Source of the DNA: Dimorphilus gyrociliatus
Taxonomy: Eukaryota; Animalia; Annelida
Length of the DNA: 64,000 bases
Direction of reading: 5' to 3'
NCBI GenBank assembly: GCA_904063045.1
Contig: CAJFCJ010000020.1
Location: 860,916 to 924,915, forward strand
Positions 13,634 through 25,765 of this stretch are shown one piece after another. Position 1 is the stretch's first letter; the number at the start of each line of letters is the position of its first letter. The notes below the pieces were generated by a model, which did no database searches, was not told where the DNA came from, and was given only the letters and a program-made list of their open reading frames with translations. The position numbers and the translations under genes were made by a program.

Positions 13634-15049
13634 CTATCTGCCTGCAGAATAGGAGTCGTTTTCTTCATTATCATTTCCAGTGTCGTCTTCGTCGTCTTCG
13701 TCGTCTTCGTCGTCATATTCGTAAGGATTATCAACATACGGTTTCGTTTCGTCTATGTCTAATGGTCCATCGTTAAATTCACTATCCTCTCCTAATGTAT
13801 CTTCTTGATCATCAGCAATTCTTAGTCCATTCTTCTCGGTGTTCTCTTTTACTTCCTCACTAAAAAAATCTTCGATATCTTCGTCTTGGTCATCTTCGTC
13901 ATCAGCTTCATCATCCTCGGATGAAGAATATTGTATTTTTGTTACTTCTCTTATGAATTCACCGCCAAACTGAACATTTTTACTTAGTCCTATTCTGTCA
14001 GAACTAGCACTTTTTAATAAGCTCTTAGTAGGGGATACTGATTCTCTTCTACAGGCAGACATTGGTACTGGGCTGACTAGAATTCTTTGTTCTAAATTTG
14101 GGCTTTCAACATCCTCATTCCTCTTAATTGGAGGTGATGGAGATTTGCTAGGTAAGCTCTTGGACCGAGACTTCTTTTTAATTGCTTTTGGTTTATCATG
14201 TTCCTGATTTTCTTCTAATTTTTTATGCTTTAGTTTTTTTTTAACTCTAGTTTTCTTTTTTTTCTCGGCTGAGCGAATTCTCTCTATAGGCTCCGGCGAG
14301 TTTCTCCTTTTAATCACATCTAATAAAGGCGAAGGGGTTTCCTTTGTTCGAGATTCGCTGGATAATGGCCTAGGGGATTTTGTCCTCTCAACAGGAGGTA
14401 GGACTGGTTTTGATTTACGAATTGAGTCTTTCTTAATTTGTGCTGGAGCGGGTGGAGGCCACGGGACTATTTCTAGAGAACTTGCTTCCAAAGTGGGAGG
14501 GTCGTCATTTACGTGAAGGTCGTTTAGACTCAATATATTAGTTTCGCCGTTAAGCTTAGGAAAATCGGCTGCAAAGTTTGTGTATGAGAATCGTGCTTTA
14601 TCCCTTATAGCGGAGGCCGTATTTGACCGAAGGTTTTCGGACAATGGGCGTGCCGTTGTTGGTAGCTCAAGATTTGACGTTTGAACGGCGGAGAATGAAC
14701 GCTCCGAGTAGGCCTCCATTGGCATAAGGGGACGCCAGCCGGAATTTCTATCCGATTTTATTTCCTTATGAACAAAATCTGCTTGTTGTCTGGCTAGGGA
14801 AAGGCTCCTAACCCTTTCGCTATATGTCAGCATAGACTCATTACGAACTTTGCGACTTCTATCTGTCAACTGGGCAGGCTGAGAGCCTAAGTAGCTTTGC
14901 CTACTAGAGGGCGTCTCCTGTCTCCTCGACGTTAGTTTGAACGACGAATTTTGTTTAAATACTATTTCTCGATCTCTGAACATTATTATCATAGAATAAT
15001 CAGAGTAAATGTTATTTTGTTCACACAGTATAAAAACAATAGACAGCAT
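13634..15049 (-). CDS. Large coding exon of an intrinsically disordered Ser/Arg/Lys/Pro-rich protein with an acidic tail and PP1-docking motifs; true N-terminus uncertain
   Basis: 471-codon ORF with protein-like low complexity, KKKKTRVKKKLKHKK, SLLK..KNVQF and a D/E-rich C-terminus. Likely acceptor before 14975. An in-phase upstream exon 15523-15468 (MKTINKGLNIFVTFRNGI, GTAAGT donor) is possible. Confidence 0.75.
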   Translation of the reverse strand: MLSIVFILCEQNNIYSDYSMIIMFRDREIVFKQNSSFKLTSRRQETPSSRQSYLGSQPAQLTDRSRKVRNESMLTYSERVRSLSLARQQADFVHKEIKSDRNSGWRPLMPMEAYSERSFSAVQTSNLELPTTARPLSENLRSNTASAIRDKARFSYTNFAADFPKLNGETNILSLNDLHVNDDPPTLEASSLEIVPWPPPAPAQIKKDSIRKSKPVLPPVERTKSPRPLSSESRTKETPSPLLDVIKRRNSPEPIERIRSAEKKKKTRVKKKLKHKKLEENQEHDKPKAIKKKSRSKSLPSKSPSPPIKRNEDVESPNLEQRILVSPVPMSACRRESVSPTKSLLKSASSDRIGLSKNVQFGGEFIREVTKIQYSSSEDDEADDEDDQDEDIEDFFSEEVKENTEKNGLRIADDQEDTLGEDSEFNDGPLDIDETKPYVDNPYEYDDEDDEDDEDDTGNDNEENDSYSAGR

Positions 15050-18000
15050 TCATCCCAATTAAACATTATTAGGTGTAAAAAAAATATTAAGTAATAACAC
15101 AAACTAATTCAATTTAAAGTTATATTTTCTGCAGTTTCTTCCAGTTGTCTAAGCAGTGAAGCACCGGCATACGGAATGTTAAATTTCCAAATTATCGATT
15201 TTCAATTAGAAACGATTTTTTTTCGTATCCCACAAATTAAGGCAGACCTCCTTAACCGACGACGTTTACAAACTGATCTGGTAAACATTCGGTTGCCAGC
15301 AAATAGAAGATTGTTGAAAAGTCGTGTTGAAAAACGGTAGAAAGCGATTTTCCTATAATTTAAGTCACCCAGAAGCTTCACACCTACCTTGTGTTTTGCT
15401 GAAATATTCGCTACCCCATAACAAAATAGACTATAGTTCTCTTATTACGTACAACTAAGCAACTTACATTATACCGTTCCGGAATGTTACGAAAATATTG
15501 AGACCTTTATTAATGGTTTTCATAATACTTTCACTCGTATGCTATCAAGCATAAAGATTTTAGCGCTCGAAAGGTTGTTAACTAGACGGCAATAGTGAGC
15601 TTTTTTTTCTGCTTTAATCGAATAATTACGTCATTTCCATTGGATAAATTTAATGCGTCTAAGTGGCGAATGCTTCATTGACTAAACAAAATATATTTTC
15701 GAGTGGTAGAAGTTAAACCATCGATATTTTCTGTGAATTAACAGAATTTGCTTAAGGGTCTGGTATTTAAGCAAAATATTTAATAAAGAAGTAAAAAATT
15801 TTATCGTTCAATTTACGTTTCTTTTGTTTTTTAATTAGTAAGATAAACATTTCCAGCGATAGGCTGAATACAGTTTGCAGTGAAATCTTTTATCTGCACT
15901 GGAAACTATCCAACATGCAAGTTCTTGTTTTGATGCTTTCTCCCCTTCCCCTCTTAACTAAATGAATTTCCTCTTCACTGTAAATTATTAATACTTTATA
16001 CTTAAATTTGACTTGATATTTTCCAATAACATTTAGGAATAAATTGGTTTTTCTTTTAAATCCGATAAATAAAACTTGAAATATTCAACTTTTTTTATTT
16101 ATAATTAAAAAAAATGAATAGAAATAAATATAAATATTTGCCAAACTATATTTTAAAAATAGTAAAAAACAGACTATTTTTATCTCATTCAAAAGTAAAG
16201 AACTAAATGTTGATTGGGGATTAAACTATATATATACCAATAAATAAATACATAAGAATTGATCAATTTAATTTACTTGAACTTTACAAGTTTTTAATTG
16301 TATTTTAATTAAAAAGGATCTTTTTTTTGTTATCTTTGTATTACTTTAACAACATTAAACTTTGGACATAATAATGAATATTGTTAATGTTAACTTGAAA
16401 GAGTAGATGAAATCTTCACTATTTACTTTGTATTTGATTATCAAATACAAAAGATGTTTGAGATATTATAGGAATAAACAGTATTAGATTTTTTAGCATC
16501 TTAACAAAAAGAGAAAAAAGAAAAGTTGTGCCAACAACTGTTAAGCAAATGAACTTGTTCGAAGCAAGAATCTGTACAGGACGAATCGATAGTTAGATTT
16601 TTCTCTCTCTCTTTCTAATGATTTAATTCTGTTTGAAGAGAGTGGGTGGGTGAGAAAGAGAACGATCAAGAAAAAAGAAAGAGTGAAAGAGAAGGCTTAA
16701 ATATAAATAATATATCTATAATAGCTAATTATACACTAACTTGATTTAGAGTTATCTCATGTTTATAGGAGATTAAACAATTACTCTAACAAAACTACAA
16801 GATAGATGAGACAATACATGCATTCTATTAAGTCAATGCCAACCTTTGTACTGACAGCTCCAATATTGAAAGCTATATTTGTATAGTTCAACAACTATTG
16901 TAGTAATAAAATATCCAAGAAAAATAAACCAACGAAGCAATGGAAAAGATTTCTTTTTTTATACTAGTATTAAATTATTATAGTTCATTGGAAATTCATT
17001 GAGAAACAGACCTATACAGTATAAAAATCCAAAAAAAGATATTTTTACAATGATCTTTGAACTGTTTCTTTCTGAAAATTTAGAAAATAATAAGCTAAAA
17101 ATTGATTCGTCTAAGGGCAAAGTTTTTAAGTAGTTTACTTACCGAAGTGTATATTGAACATTATAGAATAAATAGTCTTGTTTTAATAACACTAATAACT
17201 CCTTTATTTCCAAGGTAAATTGAATGTAAACTGCAAAAGTTATAGTCAGTCTTCTTTCATTCCACCAAACCCATCTTCGTTTAATTTTCTTAAACTATCA
17301 GAATGCATAAAAATAGTAAAGATCGAAGAAAAGAGAGATTTATAGTTAATTTTCAGGCCTATAGTGATCAAACTTTCTTCCTTCTTAATCTTCTTAAGTA
17401 AAAGTCGTTAGGATTTTACTATAGAAATGTTGAATTAATTTCTAATATTAAACATAATTAATTATTCATTTCGAAAGAAGGCATATCTGGAGTCCTTTCG
17501 TCTTCTTCCTTTGGTAGTCTCTTTGGCAGAGAGTTTCAAATATACTCTTACATTGAAATTAAACAGCATATGAATCAAGAATCAAGACAAATTTTGGATG
17601 AAAGCGCAAAAATGAGCCATAATTAATAATGGAATATTTATTTTATCATATATATTATGAAAGAAGTAATTATAAATAATAGGATTGATATAAGATTGCA
17701 TCATATTTTAATAATCTTCATAAATCGATTGAATTCCTAGGCATCTGCAAAATAGAAGTTTATTCTTTTAAAAGTAACAAAAGCTAAGGGATAATGAAAA
17801 TATAGCTAAGGAGTGTAAAAGAAAAAGAATCTGTTTATGCTTGATCAGAAGATACTCAATTCAATGACATTTTACTTTTGAAAGTAGGCGCACTTAGCTA
17901 GAGGTTTCTGAAAAAAATCGCGTGCATACATTCAAGATATGGACGCTCAGATTTCACCTTCAACTGAAGTTTATAATGTGAAAAAGTTGGCTGAAAGTAT

Positions 18001-18415
18001 TGAAGATTTTAGACGTTAGCTATTCTTTTTGCAAAATAGACTTGAAAGTGGTGTTCTTTAATCTCTCAATAATCGCTGTCAATTGCAAGGTCATTTACGG
18101 TATACACAAAAATAGATTGAATAGCATTGCTTAAATCGAATAAGAGCTATTATTACAATTTTAAAACAATAATACTATAGATAATGTGACGGAATTAATA
18201 GATTTGGATAAGAAACTTTGATAAATAGTCAGAATTGTTTAGTTGTTTAGAAATCTCCCTTACCATGAGTTGATAAAGATCTAGCATCGATATCAGTATT
18301 CGTCACAGTAGCGGCTTTATACTGTTATAAACCGCAAGAAAATACTAATAATTCTAATATGGTTATTCATATGCCAATTAAATCAGTAATTAAATGTAAT
18401 TAAAAGTAATTTAAT

Positions 18416-19520
18416 TTCTTGGAAATCACTCAGTTTACGATATATTGGCATCAAATGATTATTGTGAATTATTATACATAAATGATTTGAAAGCATGTGA
18501 ACCTTTTGAGTAGCATAATAAAAAAATTTCAAAAAGAGATGAAGCACATTTTGAAACGTTAATTAATGTGAATACTTTATATTATTAATGATTCCGCTAT
18601 AGCTTTAAAAATATGCCATAAATGATATTTCTTAAACAAAGTAGAAAACGGATGTAATTATGAGTTACCATATATCAGAGGTTTAAGTGAAGTACAAATG
18701 ATTAGTGCGCAAGAAACGTTAAAAAAATTGATTGTTGGACAGAAAAATGTAAAATTCGCCTGTACCAGAGGAGATATAAAGTAATAGTCTTAGCAGAGAA
18801 ATTACTAATATATCACCAAAACCTTGTCATATTATCAAAAGATATGAATATATAATTTGAGAATCTGTATTGACATCTAGTGGCTAATTTATTTTTCGAA
18901 TAGATTTCCCTTTTATAAAAATATTTACCAGTTCTTTTATGCTTTTAAATCCATAGTCTTCACAATCAAAAATTGTTAAACAAAGAATAATGAACAAAGA
19001 GAACAAATGATAATTGGTTAACATGGTCCAGATTTTCAAATATCAATTATGATTGTATGCTACAATAGAACAAGCTGTTTTACAGAACATATACAGTATT
19101 CGTACGTATATATATTGGAAACAGATACACTGATGTATTAACTAAATATTTACTACCAGAATGTCAATATTGTCAATATATTTCCAAAGTTACAATGCAA
19201 ATTAATAATAAATTTTATGCTTTTTGCTTGAAACTTATCAACTAACATAACTATGGTATAAAGTAGAATAAGAAAAAATAACTCTTCCAATCAATTTATA
19301 CTTATTATATGCAAAGTGATTTCTTTTTATATCGCATTGCTAACAGTTACGTAACAGTTATAAAATGCTTAAAATAGATGTCAAGATCAGTTGTGCTTTA
19401 TCGAAGATCTAAACTTACATTTTGGATTAGTTTTCTGATTAAAAAAAACGGATAAGATTGAAGTTTATTTTAATATGATATAATGCCATCTATTGGAGAA
19501 TTAGGCGAATATTTGTATAT
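18416..19520 (+). pseudogene. Decayed kinesin motor-domain relic, kinesin-6/KIF20-like
   Basis: Colinear fragments: FLEI and VYDIL (18416-18447, frameshift between them), LKIC (18605), PYIRGLSEVQMISAQETLKKLIVGQKNVKFACTR (18668-18769) and VVLYRRSKLT (19390-19419). Stops and frameshifts separate them. Confidence 0.55.
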
Positions 19521-22069
19521 TTTTTTAAATAATATTTCTGATGAGAAAGTTGCTTATTCTTAAGGAAAAAATGAAAGTAATACAATATTAAACAATATAG
19601 ATGTAAATGCAAAGAACCATTAGTAAATATATTACTCAATATTGAAAAATACGTTGAAGATAAACAATATCAATATATCGACTCATTCAACATTTTTTAC
19701 AAAGAGAAGGAAGAAAACAGAAAGCTGTTGAGTAATTTTACAAAAATAATTAAGGATTGACGTCAATTAACTAACCAATTATTGTCTTATATGACGCGTA
19801 AGGAAAATCGTTTGATGAGTTTTTCTATGAAACCAGAATAGCTGACTTCGGCACATTAATGTATTAATTGTAATTTTTACTAAGTAAAAAGTATTTACAG
19901 TAGACAATCCCAGTTATGAAACGTAATATTATGTGAATGTTAGCTTTTCCTTTACGTATTTAATATATTATTAATCAATCTAATATTAAAGGTAATTTAA
20001 TAAGATTAATTGTCAAATAATGCTGCGAACGAAATGAATCTCTTATTTCTAAAAGGAGCAAAAATTCTAATTAACGATTTAATGAGGATGGAAGAGAGCT
20101 TTTCAACTTTTCTCTGTAAAAAGAAAATATTATAGACAAGACATAAGGAAAGAAGAAACTAGGAATGATAATTTTATAAATTGTATTGTAAACGATAATA
20201 GTATAGCTGAAGAGAAAATACATATTTATATATATATAAATGTAAAGAAATATGCTGATTTATCTACTATTATCTGATAAATCCTCAGATTATATAAAAA
20301 ATCTCTTATAAAAATAAATAAAGATATCAGAAATGAAAGTAATATATTGATTTAGACGGTACAAATAATAAAAATAGCTGTGAAATTTTAACCTCAAGAA
20401 TAAGCACATTTTTAAATATTCTCCTAGAAAGATATAATTGTCGGGCAAAATCTTCATTTATTAAAAGAATAATTTCTCTTTTGATCAAATATGATTAAAA
20501 GTTAGAATTCTTTTTAAAAATATTATAAAATTAACAATTAAGCCGAAATGATCTAAAAAAAGGAGATGGAATTTTTTTTCGTTTATCGGTAATGATTTGT
20601 TTTTTAAATTAAAAGAAATACCGACAGTTTTATGAATAGATTACTATTATTAAAAGCAGTTTGAATAGTTTGATAATTGTATGTGATAAGTTGAAATTTC
20701 CTGAAAAGTTTCTATAGGTCAAATGTACTAGAATAATAGAACAAAATATGAATAACGATCCATTGAACACGTTACTAATGGCCAATTTCTCTTAATTTGT
20801 ATATGTTTTAGATGTTTTTTTAAGGGATTATACCAATACATGTTTGGAATCAATTTAATAATTTAGAAGGTATAGAAATAGCGTCTTTATTATTTAAAGA
20901 ATGATTGTTGAGGGCAAATACTATTGTACTTTAAACATCTGTATTATTCATTATAAGGTCATTATTCAACTTACATTTACAGAACTATTTGTCAAAGTCC
21001 AAAAGCGAAAGTATTGTAGAATTATAATATGCTAACGCCACCTAGTTGATATAATAGAGACTTCTAGAAAAGAAAACGTATAATCAAGCATTTAGTAATA
21101 ATTTTCTTTTCTTTTAATCTGCAGATTGATCGATGCTCTTAAAGTAAATATTAAAAATTTATCTTTAAATCAAAAGACTTTAGTTCCCTGTCAACTAGAG
21201 AAAATTACTTAACAAGGGGAATTCTATCATCTTTACAAGGCTTTTAGAAAATGGTCTCAATGTTTACGTAGGAAAATCATATCTCTGCTGGTCTATGACA
21301 ATCTAAATCATTTGGATGAAGAGAATTCGTATCAGGAGTTAAAAGCCACAAATTAATAATATGTAACAAGTAGTCTGTAACAAGTCATTTAATATTTCAT
21401 TTCTCAGTTTTGAGGTATAAGTAAGAATGAATTCTCTTATTTCAATACCGATAAACGACAGTATTGGCCACCGATACGCCCATTTTATAAAATCTATGAA
21501 TTGTTTGATGGATTACACAGAAACGAGTAGGGTGTAATGCATTTTCTATGTATTTCTATAATATTTACGACTAAGATTATCTCCATTAAGAGACATCATT
21601 TACATATCAATTTTCTTTTACTTCTCAGTATAAGGTTATGTTTATAAATAGCTCTATTTTCCTTAATAAACTAATTAATATGGTACAAACTAAGCATGTC
21701 GCAATAAAATCATGATTTAAGTTACATTTACGCAAAATTTCGACAAGTATACCAACCTGTTTAAGCTATTAGCGCCTTCTGGTTGACATATAAAGAATCA
21801 ATAGAGAGTTAATTAAGAAAAATTAAGTTGCAATTATTCGTATTTTTTCCAAAGCAACTCTTGATTTCAAGTCTTTGAGAAAGATAGCTCATTCAATTTT
21901 CCTCGAGCAATCCTTTCAATTTGGAATATAAAGCTTACAGTAGAATCTATATACCTTTGTCTGCTCACTAAATAAGATAATTAGTGTTGAATTATAGAAC
22001 ATTTTATTCACTAAATAGATGGCTATATATAAAATTTTCATTGCTGTATTAACATACCGAAAAGTGCAA

Positions 22070-23113
22070 ATGCTTCTTTGGAATTATATCTTGCTTTTTC
22101 TTTTCTCTTGTCTGGGGAGCTTCGCATCAACAGTTGATGAATGTGATATTTCGGTAGAAGAGAGAATTCGTGTTGGAAATAAAGACATCACAAGTCAAGA
22201 ATGTGTTTCAGACAAACTTGTACATGTGGCTTGCTATTCAATTGACTATGGCTGCTATAGAAGTAAAACTGCGGTTCCCGGCTTTCAATTCAGACATGGT
22301 GACTCTTATTCTTTTGACATTATCAACCCTGAGAGTAATAATTTCGCGGATCCTTATGAATGTGCTGGAACTTGCTTGGAAAAGACAGACTGCCAAGGCT
22401 TCAGTATATTTCCATCATCCAGTAGGAAATGTCTCTTAAAGAGCAAAAGATTTAAAAGATCGCAACCACACAACAGTCTCACCAGTTATATGCAATATGG
22501 TGTTCCTTTCAGTTCGTGTAATACTGGTTCTTGCTTGGAGGCTTCTTATTCGACAGCTGATTTATCTATTGAAGCATGCCATACATCGTGTAAAGCTGAT
22601 ACTGATTGTCTTTATTTTTCTTTAAACGAAGACGGATGTAACCTTCACAAAAAATGTACTATGAATGTTAATAAAGCAAGTAGCGTTGTTTGCTCACGAG
22701 AGAGTGTGCTGATATTGTCCACCATCTCTAATAAAGGGATAATCGATCTCTTAACTGATTCACAAAATGAAACTTGTGTTACTATAAGAGATTATGCTCT
22801 CACTCTTCGCTTTCCTTTTCCTGGTGTGAACAAACCTCTTGCTCCTCTAACCGTAAATGTACAGGGAAAATCGCTAAACTGTCATAGGGCAAATAGCATA
22901 CATAACGATGAGGAAGTAGTTGTCTACACCCACAATAGTCCTAATTATGGAACGAGCTTTGAAGGTTTATTTCAAATATGTAGGTTTATATCGTCAAATG
23001 AAAAGAACTGTTCATTTGTCTGTGATTGTGGAAGACGCTACTGCGAAGGCGTTTATGTGAAATTTTTTCAAAATACGAATAAATTAGAAATTTGTGAAGT
23101 TACTATCAATTAA
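22070..23113 (+). CDS. Secreted Cys-rich protein, copy 1: signal peptide, trefoil-like domain, 2 PAN/apple-like modules, C-terminal lectin/discoidin-like domain
   Basis: Intronless ORF. The second ATG (22070) starts a hydrophobic signal peptide and the ORF track start at 22019 is an alternative. It has two C-x3-C-x5-C..C modules and shares GCYRSK, LRFPFP, RYCEG and ICE with its paralogues. Confidence 0.85.
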   Translation: MLLWNYILLFLFSCLGSFASTVDECDISVEERIRVGNKDITSQECVSDKLVHVACYSIDYGCYRSKTAVPGFQFRHGDSYSFDIINPESNNFADPYECAGTCLEKTDCQGFSIFPSSSRKCLLKSKRFKRSQPHNSLTSYMQYGVPFSSCNTGSCLEASYSTADLSIEACHTSCKADTDCLYFSLNEDGCNLHKKCTMNVNKASSVVCSRESVLILSTISNKGIIDLLTDSQNETCVTIRDYALTLRFPFPGVNKPLAPLTVNVQGKSLNCHRANSIHNDEEVVVYTHNSPNYGTSFEGLFQICRFISSNEKNCSFVCDCGRRYCEGVYVKFFQNTNKLEICEVTIN

Positions 23114-23555
23114 ATGAAAAAGAATTGTGAATAATCTTAATATCTAGTCAAAATACAAATCCATTTATAGAATATCGTAAAGAATTAAGTTAAGCTTATT
23201 GGTCAATAAATGACAATCTAAAAAATGAAACGTTTTCTAGAAGAAATATTAGGCTTAGGATAGCATTTTTAATGAGTAGTTTTATAGCACTTTATATAGA
23301 AATTTTTTGGTTTCAAATCTGTTAAATATTCAAAGTGGGGTGAAAATATTAAATCATTTAAACAAACTAAGCAATAACTTAAAAACTGTCAAATACAATG
23401 GATAAAATTTAAGTGATTTGTTTTCTTGTATCCACAGAATTTGGTCAATATGACACGTGAGATTTCTGTTTAATAAACAGTCAGTGAATATGTTCAATAA
23501 TCATTTAAAACCAAAGATTTCCAATTTTCTTCCTGTAATTCATGACTTGTAAAGC

Positions 23556-23565
23556 TATATAAAAG
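23556..23565 (+). promoter_or_regulatory. TATA box of secreted-protein copy 2
   Basis: TATATAAAAG about 50 nt upstream of the ATG at 23607. Confidence 0.55.
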
Positions 23566-23606
23566 GGAAAATCTTTCATATATCTAGAAGGAATCACAGT
23601 TTCAAA

Positions 23607-24656
23607 ATGCTCTTGTTACTTTTTCTTATACAATCGTCCAGCTCTCAAGTGACTCAAACTGGTGAATGTGATATTGATGTTAGTAAACGAATTCGAATTG
23701 GTAATCAACAAATTACGCCAGTTGAATGTATGAGTGATGAACAAGAAGCTTTTGCCTGTTATGACAGTTCATATGGATGTTATAGAAGTAAAAATGATAT
23801 TGTTGGCTTTATCTATAAACATGGAGATTCTGGGGCTTTCGATTTGTTCGACAGTGAAAGTGAAGAAAATGCAGCAATGGACATTCAAGTTTGTTCGAAA
23901 CTCTGCTTACGAAATTCCGACTGCAAAGGCTTCACTTTAGCAAGTTTTAAACATCTTGGAAGATATTGTCACCTTAAAAATAAGCGATTTAAAAGAACAA
24001 CCGGTTGGGTTACAACGATGGTCAGCTATGATAGATATGCTGTAAAAGTATCATCTTGTGAGACTGGTGAATGTACGGAAACAACACTTCAAACATATTC
24101 TAAAGATGCTGTAACTTGTAAATCTTATTGCGAAAGTAATCCGGCATGCAATTACTATTCTTTGACACCATCCGGATGTCAGTTGAAAGATAAATGCACT
24201 GTTTATAAAAATGCTGCTAATAGTTTCTCCTGCACGAAAACAGTAGCTCTAGTGTCAAAGTCTATATATTTCAATGAAAATAGTTTAACTAATGTATCCG
24301 ATTCAGATGAATCTACGTGCGTATGGTTGAAACCTAGTCCATTTGTACTTAGGTATCCTTTTCCCCAAGTTGATGCTCAGTTAAATTCCTTGACACTCAC
24401 AATAAAAGGCTCACAATTATCATGCATGGCTGAGAAGCTAGATTTAATAAATATAAATAGTTTATTTGTTTACATTCCATTGGAAAGAGTCTATACAACA
24501 AGTTTTACAGGATCGTTCAAAATATGTGAATTATTATCTTCTAGTTCAATTGAATGCACGTATATATGTGATTGCCAAGAGAGATATTGTGAAGGAATAT
24601 ATGTGAATGCTTTTTCAAAAGATGGTGGACCAAGAGTATGCGAAATTCAAATATGA
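23607..24656 (+). CDS. Secreted Cys-rich trefoil-like/PAN/PAN/lectin-like protein, copy 2 (349 aa)
   Basis: Signal peptide MLLLLFLIQSSSS, and the same cysteine scaffold and motifs as the other copies. Confidence 0.88.
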   Translation: MLLLLFLIQSSSSQVTQTGECDIDVSKRIRIGNQQITPVECMSDEQEAFACYDSSYGCYRSKNDIVGFIYKHGDSGAFDLFDSESEENAAMDIQVCSKLCLRNSDCKGFTLASFKHLGRYCHLKNKRFKRTTGWVTTMVSYDRYAVKVSSCETGECTETTLQTYSKDAVTCKSYCESNPACNYYSLTPSGCQLKDKCTVYKNAANSFSCTKTVALVSKSIYFNENSLTNVSDSDESTCVWLKPSPFVLRYPFPQVDAQLNSLTLTIKGSQLSCMAEKLDLININSLFVYIPLERVYTTSFTGSFKICELLSSSSIECTYICDCQERYCEGIYVNAFSKDGGPRVCEIQI

Positions 24657-25765
24657 TTAAAAAAGATTGTATAATACTTAAACGAATGAAATATATTTTT
24701 AACTAATAACATCTGACTGTTTTCATAAACATTATTAATATTAAATTGATATACTGTATGAATTTTTTATTTACGTCGATAATTCCGCCCCCATCCCTTC
24801 TATAACTAAAGAAAAAATTTACATTATCTCGCCTTATATTAATTACTGTTAAAGATTATTACTCCTATTATTCCTCTTTTACCATTGATTCTTCTATGTC
24901 AGGTGATATATACCGTCTTCCGATGTCACATGTTTTCTACCGTGAAGGCCATATAGGCTGCTATTATTCAATAATCACAATTATAAACAATGATCACTTA
25001 TTCTTTAACCTGAAAGTATATATTCAAACATAGATGTATCAACTTAGGTAACATTCAAAATCATTAATTTTCGACGGTATATTTTCAATCAATAGGCTAA
25101 TTCTTGTAATTATTAAAACATACGCGACATTACATCTTGGAGAATAAGTGACAACAGATTCTGTTAATTCTTTATTAGTATAGAAAAGAATAGTTAATTA
25201 TTGATATTTTTCAGAAAAAGCTAACCCTTCATCGAAACAACTACAGTTTTATCTATTTGGCCAAAGTTAGGATATAATATTTTTGTTTCGACGTTTATGA
25301 TCTTGTTTGTCAATCTAGTGCGATAATGAATATATTAATGAAATTCATCTGTTTTGAAATAGATATAGATTTAGTTCTTTTTAAATAGTATAGATGGCAC
25401 TTTCACTTAAACTTAAAACTGAGGAAAGAGTAAGCGCATCATTAACTACTAAATAAATATACTTTAATTAGTCGTCATATACTTGACATACTTTTTGCCA
25501 ACCAATTCAAGAACGAAATTGGAGGTTAGATCAATGGAATATTGAAGAGTTTTTTAAATAAAAACGAATATTTCATGGCTAAACTTGTTCAATGAACAAT
25601 ACAAGATATCAATATATGGTCAACAAAGATTATTATTGGGAAAAATCCATATCAAAAATATACACGTTATTAATTGTAAAACCTTAAAGATCTTCATATT
25701 AATCCATTCTATCTTGATAATCTTGCAGGAAGAAAACTTTAAACTTTTGTTCCTAATATTTAAAT

